Source: Setoptus koraiensis (lineage: Eukaryota > Animalia > Arthropoda). Taken from it: DNA of 64,000 nucleotides. The translations under genes and the position numbers were made by a program. Below, one piece after another: positions 50,301 through 60,600 of this stretch; positions within the stretch are counted from its first letter, which is position 1; every line of letters begins with the position of its first letter. Below the pieces are notes generated by a model. That model ran no database searches and was not told the DNA's origin. It saw nothing but the letters and a program-made list of their open reading frames with translations. Where the stretch lies: NCBI GenBank assembly GCA_048013815.1, contig CM106586.1, positions 7,192,001-7,256,000 of the forward strand, written 5' to 3'.

Positions 50301-51745
50301 TAATCCATGCGAACCGTGATCTATTATTTTTACCACTAGCATCTCGACTGGTAAATGAAGAATCTCCAGAAGCGACTAAAATCGTAGCTGTTATTTTGAG
50401 CAAGCTCTTGACCAACCTCGACGAAGGCAATGCGCGCGAACTGTTTGATAATATGGTCATACCTTGGTCAAAAAATGACTCGTTGCCTCTTCGCACAATG
50501 AGTATCAAACTCATGGTTATATTTCTGAGTGCTAAGTTTGAAATTTTTTCAGGCAGTAAAACTTCACGTATCAAGAGCTGTCTGAATGCGGTTAATAGCG
50601 AGTTAGAGAGATCAAAAGATGATGAAAGCAGGAACGATAAAATTCCCAATAAGAGTGAACAGAACGGAGTTAATGACAATCAATCAAGTGAATCCTTGAG
50701 GCTAATCGGTGATAATGATATGCATGTTTACCATGTACTAGTATTGTTCTATAAGTTACTGGACTTGAATCTAGTCGAAAGTGATGACAAACGATTTCAC
50801 TCTACATTATCTAGTATCTGGCAAGCAATCGCCAACTGTTACCTGACACATTGGTATTTACCAGTGGTTATTTTATCTAGCCAGTTGTACAACAAGCTTC
50901 TATCGAAGTATAGCGAAGAAGAGCTGACATCTTCTATTAAATTTAAAACAGATTCCAATTCGAAGGATTACGTCAAAAGGAATGCCAGACAGATTGTGAC
51001 AACACTTTGCAATAAGTACATCAGATTGATAGATCGGCTCAATGAATCAGAAGAGCTACAGGAGAATGTAATACGAAGTCTTATACACCTAGGCAAAGTT
51101 TTACTTAACCTCAACGAATGCGAACAAAATGGGGGCGCGCAGCTCAACCAAATCGACCCCAATCAGTTGGCTAGGGTTCTAGCATGTGAACTCACCGGAG
51201 ATGGACTTGAGTTGCTTGATGTTGGAGGTGATGACGAAGAAAAAGGGTCTCAAAAAAGGAAAAACTTTGCTTGGCTCGCCAAGAAAATGATTATGCAAGC
51301 AAGAAAAGAAGTGGCCCTCAAAAGATCAACTGATTTTCATCGAAGAATAACCGTATTTACATGGCTGGCCGCTATGTCAATGGGATTCTCCAAGGCCAGG
51401 ATGTTGGAATACTCATTTGCCTTTATTATACCACTCGCCAGGGAGCTAACTGATAGAAGTAAACTTTCCAAGGGAGCGGATTCAGAGCGCAAAAAGATCA
51501 TCTCATCGGCTGAGCAGGTTGTCAATATGATCAAACAGATACTGGGGCCGAGCGTATTCAATCAAATCTATACCAAGGTGCAGCTTCATCTCACCAAGAA
51601 GCGTGTGGAGCGCAAGAAGGCTCACGCCATTCTGAAAGTGACTGATCAAGCTAGAGGGGTCAAGCGAAAGAATCAGCAACGAACGGCAAAGAAAGATTCC
51701 AAACAAAGGAAAGCTGTACAGAGGAAGAGGTCGCGAGTGGAATAA
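44351..51745 (+). CDS. UTP20: Small subunit processome component 20 homolog (UTP20/DRIM), HEAT-repeat protein, intronless, 2464 aa
   Basis: Conserved UTP20 segments ELVPLLMRILYGKM, IRHIQLHSRSKALARL, EIRRIPIAFAIVQLL, LCSFLKSKSEPVRHASR, ALHKGFQIHVLNFTIHSVL, QLEYPYVEGR; basic tail KRVERKK...KRKN...RKRSRVE. Confidence 0.93.
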   Translation: MIPEQEMSSTIHDYVEKVVLGFKDNDPVTLDNGLAGLVDIVSSNIKFPIAADELETFKRYMLIVRQADGETRISEIFSLLLRRNVEATIQSIATSTLVLMCLPHTRPIHDLNQAWTDSSNYLKRLLDSIDVDQSSGPSTYEINKLKSFSACQAIICLKLLSSAVQDGKDMFDQMIQELDLTKIIENARPWGINSYSSVFGLQLLDFAISLSNQHEGYFKFKESCLLKQLVDNIVKPNISSPISKCRLLALHIMTQLYPKVVTDHTESADLKSLFLLAYESDKIPATYQEFREKLRLLSYLDSYTVDRYKPPGLDEETNELFSLLTFRYLLSITYVNLSPMWRPVIDLMKSYIDNKRYQRAVMKILFDHLQETNSIIYHESNLEDETITIDFLNGSLPPPVANGMNNLVSYVLDRIDPLNHRVLIYQTMCHFPDVVEMMNKDFMDAFFLFADKELMKPPFLEKFRFEDLRKNKVAKESSTSDPDQKLDDETTTTDEIGADELEEADEANEAKELEEVDESGEIDEVESNNDEDEDSDVIDDDSDNQDSEPKQKKLTFGRRMSKKMQTHRTFLEIMKVMWNFKNIRCMNREAEFRDLILQLLSNRDTSIQYAAFRCILAYNHSYIEPYVAKIFRILKDRTFESEIAATSFEDQGEVPSGEERSDQAIQDVHRSELVPLLMRILYGKMIGKAARKSSGRSKSAMRRSKEFVIRFIAKCSDAEIQFFLDLAFEPFLKYTGIDYSELPAFLQENMDISQFIPNGKMQAMLGTLSTVMKLVANMRTSILPFTLKIINITSFMVVQLVTNEEYSSNLTKGTIYRFKVRRRQCYDLVDEFFKQFVNYEFSKSEVNMIFDQLVWPMLPELVDQSHEKPTPLLSLFLTWSNYVRYFPLLVKHHENDPNEYPLKRVIQLYSESKTQRPVLTCIAKIFANLLSQGTEDDYVDDEQCMDVDQDEEKPDEEESMIDIDNKMIPTYDKEDFKFSTEKIDFGTTILISSFPIILERLQQNCRKIVEDKNSSFRMEAHELKVLSFISRFVKDPAQSQISASLLLTSLRSLRSENLQLETTRAIQVLLEQVLTITDEHFVRNLASLIGFQRGLNQREELCRLLQIVGQKRPDLGVVADIIWLFNTRSQQFVESLDIEARLGGFKKLFTYIDSITNTQLTETILDALLLIIYQIVNFLNSAEQQDFTTRDNCLIFFEKLALRMKDTECDSLFQTIVVDTILDQSIKKGLRNTSETIRHLYIGILRSFALWCNKKDATLAEFYLLCDEKNADMDFWINIRHIQLHSRSKALARLYGSDKDKILSFSPKTLSSYVLPIATSFLFSKTYTSLGSLVENSIKVVGLICKTLNWNTYEKVLTFHLENLVTASSKHQKTRINLLTEILKNFNFDLTSCPEACANQEEELREEARIAKKQRKRNQLLDSSIKETQIQLKQKKLNPSSARHVYLSVTQKIIPKLNSCLHEVTRAEFEHDKQMKDELPEKDEIRRIPIAFAIVQLLNLLPGRRILIRNNLPSIFLKLCSFLKSKSEPVRHASRVTITKIMQFLGPDYFPTLLRELRQALHKGFQIHVLNFTIHSVLDKLTLVYGDLDDKACDLVSLSLEEVFGDISDDKEIAQILAKTAEAKKTKGYDTLMIVATVISHEALANVMVPMRELLKTTTDAKKVSKLSTCLKKFFTGLSHNQEFPPDKLLTFIKNNIQESIPSLKVAQTLEVASKPAPAIREDRYLIVEDLPRDRVKAKINERGNYHFVVENSLRLLLSLIQKNQELFTKRENLSSELNQFVSLLSICLRARSPKSVARALKCLYFIIKSQTISSNVCSNIVKRVFILLNKYNGVGMAQGENQEMIMMCFKTLNLMMIKTKEVIITRDHLRALLSYVDQDINDMGRQATAFRTLKALLSKNLNCPELPEVMSKVSRLLIQSEDANVRRMSSQAWQTYLLKYPHGRNLQNLLLTFIRQLEYPYVEGRIAILTLLKSIISNFPVTIIHANRDLLFLPLASRLVNEESPEATKIVAVILSKLLTNLDEGNARELFDNMVIPWSKNDSLPLRTMSIKLMVIFLSAKFEIFSGSKTSRIKSCLNAVNSELERSKDDESRNDKIPNKSEQNGVNDNQSSESLRLIGDNDMHVYHVLVLFYKLLDLNLVESDDKRFHSTLSSIWQAIANCYLTHWYLPVVILSSQLYNKLLSKYSEEELTSSIKFKTDSNSKDYVKRNARQIVTTLCNKYIRLIDRLNESEELQENVIRSLIHLGKVLLNLNECEQNGGAQLNQIDPNQLARVLACELTGDGLELLDVGGDDEEKGSQKRKNFAWLAKKMIMQARKEVALKRSTDFHRRITVFTWLAAMSMGFSKARMLEYSFAFIIPLARELTDRSKLSKGADSERKKIISSAEQVVNMIKQILGPSVFNQIYTKVQLHLTKKRVERKKAHAILKVTDQARGVKRKNQQRTAKKDSKQRKAVQRKRSRVE

Positions 51746-51957
51746 ATGAAATTATCATGCGTTGATCGAAGCCATTGGTGCTGATATTATTTTCTTTTCC
51801 TCCTTTCTCTATCTGGTATATAATCATTCATTAATAATACAATTGGATACAATACAATAATAACTCATTTGTATTATTTTAATATTTGTTGTTGTTATTG
51901 TTGATGTGTTTGTGTGCATGTGTGTGTGCATTTGAGAAAATAATATAATGAAATGTC

Positions 51958-52548
<591 letters not shown>

Positions 52549-54652
52549 CTATCAGTAAGTGTAATAACGACGATCTGGTGTTAGTGTGTGTGTGTTTGTA
52601 TTCCGAAATATACGGTGTGAGCGATATCCGATGGATTGATGAATATCTAAGAATACCTGTAAATATATAGATAATAATAATAGTTGTAAATAATAATAGC
52701 GGTGATATTTGTGTGGATTGAATTATTGGCAATTTGACAACTGGCACCTAGTATAACATTACAGGGACGCAGACACACGCACTTGTGGCAATCTGTATCA
52801 CTCGGTAGTATATTGATGTGTCTATAATAATGTAAAATAAAATATATAATGGTGTAGCTTTAGCTAGTGGTGCAGCCCTGATACTATCCGACACTGATGA
52901 TGATTCAGATGATGATGATGGTGGTGGTGGCTGGATAAAAAAACAGATTAAATTTTTCGTGGCTCACAACTGCTGATTCTGACAGACACAGACACTCGCA
53001 CACACAGCGGACAGATAGTGGCACAAGAGTGCTCTTGTTGCTCACTGCTCCAGATTTGAACCATTGCTACAGGCACCGGAGTGGCGCCGTTTTGTGCCAC
53101 TGTGCGCGCCCGTTTGAGCGCGAATCGGCACAAAACTGGCAGGACTGGCCGGAGTGGCAGGACTGGCCCGATTGGAAGGTAGTAGCTGCCGCGGTTGCAG
53201 CAGTGGTTGAATTGTCAATGCATACAGAGTGGCACAAAAGTGTGAGTGCCACTGTGCCGAAGGGGGCAGCCTCATGGATGGACCGCTTGATGGCTGGACA
53301 GGCTGTATGTGCGGTCGCGCAATAGGATCTGACACACCGACAGACGCACAGACAAACGGACATTGGTGGCGCTTGTTGTGTCACGATACAGTTCTTCGCA
53401 GTTGGCACACACACACACACAGACAATCGCACAGACACACGCACCCACTTGCAGTGTGTGGCGATCGGCCAGACAGACAGCCAGACAGACAAGCGCATAG
53501 CTTGCGCAGGCACACACACACACAAGTGTTACGCAACGGCCGCAACCACACAGCTGCTCGCCAGCAGCAAGACCGTCTGTGTGGTTGTCCGTTGGTATCC
53601 GTGTACTAGCACACTTGATAAGTGTGTTATGTAACAAGCTGGCAGCGAGTGTGTCGGCAAAAAGATGCCGTCGAGCTGTGTGGCGAACCTAAGCATCCCG
53701 CGGTGCACATTTGAAGCACATTCCGATGCACTAGACAACATTTGAAAAGTGTTTGCGCGCCAAATTGAGTCATGTCAGCAGCTGACAACAAGTTTCGAGA
53801 GCAACTGCATTTGGCAGCAGCAGCACCAGCAGCACCACTGACACTGACTGTTACGCAACACACACAACAAGCATGACGTAACGGTGTGCAGCGTGCGTGA
53901 CGCAACAGCACCAAAGCGATGGGGCAGCTCACCTGTTAGCGCACTTGTGACAACAGTGACTTGTCAGTTGGGCGCTTTTATCGAGCTGCTGCGACAGGCA
54001 AACTTGGCACAACTGGCGAAACGACTTGCCAGCGAACGGCAAGCGACAACAACCCAAACGAACGGCTGACCACAGCTGACCAACGGGCGCTGGTCGTACG
54101 ACAATCGAGTGGCGACAGGGTGACACTTGCCGTTCCACGAGCACTCACAAAAATGTCAAATTGCCAGCAAAATTGCGTGCAGCGTTTGTTTGCGCCGTGT
54201 CACAGGTGCCCCCTTTCGGCGTCTTCGCGCGCATTGTCACGAGTCACCTGTGTCAGCACGTGCAGCTGGAGTCACGGTAAGTGTGCCGGTGTCAGAGTTG
54301 GCATGGCAACATTGTCGCTCGCAAGTGCTCACATTGTCGGAGCTTTCGCCACAGAATACGATACATCGTAATGTAAGAATAATACGAGATTTTGAGAACA
54401 CGCTCAAAATGCGCCACAGACGCGCGGGGGCGCCACAAGTTACGTTGCCCCGATCTGTCTTACACGGGGCATTGTTGGGGCATTGTTGGGGCATTATTGA
54501 GGCATTGTTGAAGGCAGTGTTTGGGTCACTGTTGGAGGCATTTATTTTTTCGTGGTGCTGACAAACTTTGTGTGCACAAAATGTAGCAAAGATCAACAAA
54601 ATTGTTATTATTATCCGACGGCTCGACGATTCGGCGCTCGATAGAAATCGGC

Positions 54653-57600
54653 TCACTGGTGTTGGTGCTGCTGGAGCGCCGGCTCCAAGTGGCCGTGCTG
54701 GTAATGGTCGTGGTGAGACGGCGAGCCGCTGTCGGCGAGCGCCGGCGATTGCATCGGCGACTGGGGCTCGTGCACGTGGTGGTGATGGTACTGGCTCAGC
54801 GCGACAGGTATGGACAACGAGTAAGGAATGAGGTTGCCTGGCTGAGCCTGTTGGTCGGGCCGGTTGTGCAACGAGAATTGTTGCATCGGTTGCTGGGTAT
54901 CACAATTGGCTGCGCCGGCGGCAGCAGCAGCGGACCGGCAAGAAATGTTGGCGCTGTTGAGCATGTCCGCGGTGTCGGTGGCCGTGTTAGTGGTGGTGGT
55001 GTTGCTACTGACTTGGGTGCCGCCACTGAGGCTGCCGCTCATTTGGGACAACGGACGTGCGATATTGTTGGACTGCAGATGCAGAGGCATGCAGCCATTG
55101 TTGTTGCGCAGCTCAAATTGTTGATTGTCTGACAAATCGTCCGAAATGGTGGTGGCCTGTTGATGCTGGTGGTGATACATGTCGATCGGATACAGTTGGC
55201 CGGGCAAGTGCGACCCGTTGAAGCTGGAGCCCAGATTCACAAGCGACGATCTCTTGATGGTGCTGGCCGTTGAATCGCCCGCCACACTTGAGCATTTTGG
55301 CCGAGCAGCGCCCATTACGTAACGATTGTTGGGCACGGCCTGGCGAGCTTGCCAAAGTTGTTGTTGCTGTTGTTGTTGTTGGTGCTGGTGCTGCTGTTCG
55401 TGGTGCGAGGAGCCCATGTGGTGCAAGTGATAATGATACTGATTGGCGAGCAGAGTGTCGTATAGGCCGCTGTCGTTGCTTTGTCTGCAATGCAGGTGAG
55501 CACGACCCCCGACAGTGTTGCTGGAATAGGCCGGCTGTTGCTGCGCCCGGGCCACACAATGGCACCTGTTAATACTTCCGGTGTGGTTGTGGTGCTGCTG
55601 TTGTTTGTCGTTGTTGCTAGTTTTGAGCGCGCTGCCGCCGTTTGTTGTGTTGAGCACGACAAGACCGTACTCGGCCTCGTCGAGATCGTCCAATTCGTCG
55701 ATGTCGTTCATGGACACCGACGGCGACTGCTGCCTCAGCGCCGACTGGCCCCCGCCGGACGCGGCCCCCACCACGACGCTGGACGCCTGAGACGTCAGAC
55801 TGTTGTTGTGGTTGTTGTTGTTGTTGTTGCTGTTGTTGTGGCTGCTGTGGTTGTTGCTGTTGCTGTGGTTGTTGCTGTTGTTGTTGTGGCCGGCCAGCTG
55901 ATGGTGCCGCATGATGCCGGGCTTGGCGGCGGCCGTTATAAGCACTATCTGGCTGTTTGTGTTTGTTGTGGAGTCACTTGTTTGCGTGGTCAGCATGTGC
56001 GTATCACGACTGGCACTTGTATCACTTCCGGTTCCGGTGCTGCTGCACGCGCCCCCATTGGTCATTGTGTCGACCAGGGCGGCTGCTTGCGGGTGCGGGC
56101 CGGCGCCTGCGCCGCCACTCCTCATTAGGCATGATGCGAGGCGGCCGTTGCTCGCAGCCGCTGCTGCATGGTCCGCCCGTAAATTTGCCGGCGACAGCAT
56201 CACCGGGCCGAAATTGGCGTGCTTCTTATCATAGCTGAAAGCGAGCGATCTCTGCTGCTGCTGTTGCGGCTGCCCGCGGCCGCCCGTCGATCCGCTGCGC
56301 AACTTGCGCTTGTACCGACAGCGCACGGTCAAAATCACCAGCACGGACAGTGTGACAAACACCAGCGCAGAGGCGAACAGCAACAGCGTCAGCCACGATT
56401 GGTCCAGATTGGTCAGTTGCGACAACTTCATGCTGGCCAGCGTACTCGACATGGCCACGTTGAATCGGTGCTGGGCCGTCTTGGCCAGGCCATCGGCGCC
56501 GGCCAGCGAGCGCGTGCTCGTCTGGTACGAGGCCGCCACCGACTTGCCCTTGGAATTGGCTGGCGCGCGCGTTTCCGGTTCCGTTTGCGTTCATCCGTTT
56601 GCGTTCGTCCGTTTGCGTTCATCGACAGGTTTTGCGTCGTTTTGCGACGGCGTTGGGGCGACAAGACGACATGTTATTACAATGTTAGTTATGTGGTTAC
56701 ACTCGCGCCCGATTCGGCCTCAATTTTTTTCGAATTCGTCATTATTTGTTGGGCGCCACTGGTGGCCGAAACTAAACTAAATAAATAAAAAATAACAACA
56801 AGCAAGACTCACCTGAGTAGATCATCAGAATGAAGGTGGTGTCCGGCTGGAGATCGTCCACGTGAAAATCGGGATTGTGCTCGGTGACATTGGCAACGAG
56901 CTGCATGGTGTTGTTGTTGTACAACTCCAAATAGTAGGTTTGCTGGTAGCCGTTGTCGCTGCCCGGCTTGCAATGCACACTTATCGAGCTGGAGCTGTGA
57001 TTGTCGAAATGGCACCCTGTGACGGGGTCCGGATAACCCGCCGGCACAATGTCTATGGTGCAAAATTTCTCTTGCTCGCCCAGCGAGTTAGAGGCCAAAC
57101 ACAACAATTGACCGTAGAAGGATTTGTCTCTGGGCGTAAATAAGGCCACACTTGTGGTGAAATTAGTCTCAAATTGTTTTATCTCGCGCAAATTGCCGCC
57201 CGCTTCCGGTGGCGCGTCGTGCGCGCGCTGCGTCGGTCCCAACGAGCCCGTCTGATTGAAGAACCATTTGAATTGTAGGTCGTCGCCGGGTTCCGCCAGC
57301 ACGTGGCACTCAACGCGCGCCATCTGCCTGAGGCCCACCTCATATCTGGAATGTTGCATTTGGGGCGCGCAAATGGGCGCGACTGAACTCAACAGTGTTC
57401 AATTGTGCAATATCGATCGTCAATCAATTAACGGCGATTAATTAGTTGAGAAATGTCGGCGCAATTGATTGACGTTTCAAACGTAGCAAAAGATGCGATA
57501 AATTAATTAATTAGTAATAAATTGATAGGTGGTCGTTGTGATTGGCGTGGGTACTGTGATGGGTATATCGGGATTTCGGGACATTTCACTCACACTTGAC

Positions 57601-60600
57601 GTTGAGAAACAACTTGTTGCTGTAGGAGCGGCCCTCGGTGTTGTAGGCCAGGCACTGGTAGTGGCCCCGGTGGTGGAGCTTTATGTTCTGAATGACCAAC
57701 GATTGGTTGCTTATCACGATGCCCTGGCTTGAGTCGGCCAACAGGGGACTGTCCTCGAACAGCCAGGTAATGTCAGACACGTAGGGATTTGCAACAATGT
57801 TGCAATCAAAGAAGACGTCGCTGCCCAGTTTAATGGAGTCGCCATTTATGTTTGCGCCGAATTGAAGGGACAGCTGAGCGGCGTCTACAGGCAGAGGATA
57901 AACGACAACAACAAATGAACGGATAAATTTTTAAATAAATGAATGAACAATGGATAAACGAAATGGGCAGTCAGCATCTGACGACGAGCATCATGTAAAA
58001 TGTTGCTGCAAAATGTAATGGTGAGAATGGTCATTCAATGGCGACAATTTAATGTTGACTTACAGTGAACGTCCATCACGAATGAGTCACTTATGGGGCC
58101 CAAGTTTGGCATTTGTAGGTTTCGGGCGGCACAGGTGAACTGTTGCCCGTTATCACGAATGGTTGGCACGTAGGTGAGATGACTGGTGACATTGTCGCGC
58201 GATATGGTCTCTATTATGCTAATTGCCTTGTCGTCTAGCGACGAGTGCGACCTATGCGACTGTGTCTCGTCCACTAGCTCCTCTTTGTTTCTGAACCAGC
58301 TTATTTTGGGCGACGGCCTAGACCCGAACACGTGGCACACAATGTCGTAGCGGACATCCGCCCGAAAGAAGCCGCCCTTGGGCAGGGCAGCGATCTTGAC
58401 TTGTGTGGGCCTCACTAACGGTGGGCGACGTTGAATAAAGCGGACAATAAAGTTAAAATTAGCAAGTTAGTTAATTAGTAGTTAGTTAACAGCAAGTTAA
58501 TATAATTAATTAGTCAGTAATCATTGAGCGATATATGCAAATTGGTAGTTAGCGACTCACAGTTGAGATTGAGACTTATGGAAACGTTCAGTGGGGCACT
58601 TAACAGGTTGTTGCTCGATGTGCACATAAACTCGGCCGACTGGTCATTGCGAGACACATTGATGTGTAATATGTTTTGTATTCTGTTGCCTATCACTAGT
58701 GTCTGCTGCGAATGATCAATCAATTTGGTCCATTGTTTCACCATGCCCATCGTGTGAGCATCTCGGCTGCTGGCAACGAGCCGATTGTGGTCGCCGTAAG
58801 TGGTTATATATTGATTATCACTACTGTTGTTGTTGTTGTTGTTGCTGTTGTGGCTTATTAAATTGTCGTGGCCGGCCGCGTATGCCGGCGACAAGTGGCG
58901 CTGGCCCTGACTCTGGTGATTGGCCTGATCGGACAGCGTTTTCCAGCCAGATTTTGTCCATTGTCTATGCTTGGAATTGGTCAGTTGGTGCTGTTGTTGT
59001 TGCTGTTGCTGATGATGGCGATCATTGTTGATGTTGTTGTTGTTGTTGTTGATAGACGACAGGCGCCACCAGTAGACACTTGTTTCCGGCTTGCCCAAGT
59101 CCGATTCACAGGTGAACCTGAGCGAGGATCCCTCGTCGTAGGGTCCGATTTGGCCAGAGACGCTGTGGCCCAGTTGGTCGGTCACCAGTAACTTGGAGGG
59201 GGGCGCTGAATGAAGTTTGGCGTGCATGAAATGGTAAATAAAAGTTAAATAAGAGCAGCGATTCATATGTGAATAACAACAATCAACAGCAAGTATGCAA
59301 CACAAATAACAAAAGAGTATTAACAAAGTAGAAGTGCAATCAAAAGTATCCACGAACGAGCACGAATTCATGAATACTTATCATTGCTGGACTTACTTAT
59401 GAGCTGCAGCTTGACCTTGTAGATTTGCGTGGGCGCCTTCTTGAAGTCCACCCGACACCTATAGAGGCCCTGATCGGCGCCCTCCACGGATCGGATAATC
59501 AGCGAAGGCACTTGTTGGCTGACATCGAAATAGAGACGGTTTTCATCACTGGCCGGCAGGGCGCGCTCATTGGGTTCATCGGGTCCATTGGGTCCGTCGC
59601 GTCCGTCGGGCTCATTGAGTGGCTCCAATGCGGGCTGCTGGTGGCTGAAGGGGCCCAGCGCCAACTCGCTGCCAATCTGGTGCCGGGCCTTGCTCAGAGA
59701 GGGCACCTGACGCGCGTCCAGCGTATAAATGGGCGAGTTTATTGTGTTGCTGAGCTCATTGTTTTTGTACCACAATACAATGGTCACCCCCATCTGGTTT
59801 GTTTGGGTTGTCTGGTGCTGATTGGGCTGGGCCCATTTGCTTATGTTGCATGGAATAGCTATCGATTGACCGGGCAGGGCCTCAATGGTGGCCGCGTCCG
59901 CAATTGACTGGTCGGCGTGACTAGAGTCGCCTGGTGGGGCCAAGTCAAACTGGCCGCCCGCCATAGATAACAATTGCGACGGTTCGGGTAACAGAGGGGG
60001 CGCTGGCTGGACGACGGGCGATTGTGTCATGTTGTGGGTGTCTATTGTGGGTGCATTATCGTGTGAGGTGAGATTCGATGATGAGATCGACGGACGCAAA
60101 ATTGGAATTGCCGGCTGGTTGGCGCTGGCCCACATTTCGGGGGGCGCATTTTCCGCTGTTGGCGCTCGGGTTGCCGGCCGGGTGGCCGCTCTGGTTGCCG
60201 CCGAGGCTGCGAGCTGCTGTGATGTATTGCCGCTGACGTCGTGGGCCGTCGTCGGTGATGGTGGGCCCGTCCGAGCTGGATAAGACAGTGAGAGGGGGCG
60301 GGGCAAGAGTGAGCGGGTAGGGCGAGCGGGGGGGGATAAAAGAATGATGAGAGAATTGTTGCGCGTTGGTGTCGATCATTATTGTTCATTATTGTGCCGG
60401 CGCCGCGGCACAGCAGTCAGCTAATAATCTTGTGTGAGCGGCTCACAAGTCGTGAGAATTGCGCGGCGCCGAACGTTGTTTCAACGCTGAACAGTTTCAA
60501 AAAAACATTTCAGGGGCCCCTTTGGCGTTTTGTTGGCCGCCTATGCGCGCCCGCTCGTGGCAAAGTGACAACTGGCGCCAAGTGGCGCATGCACGCCAGC

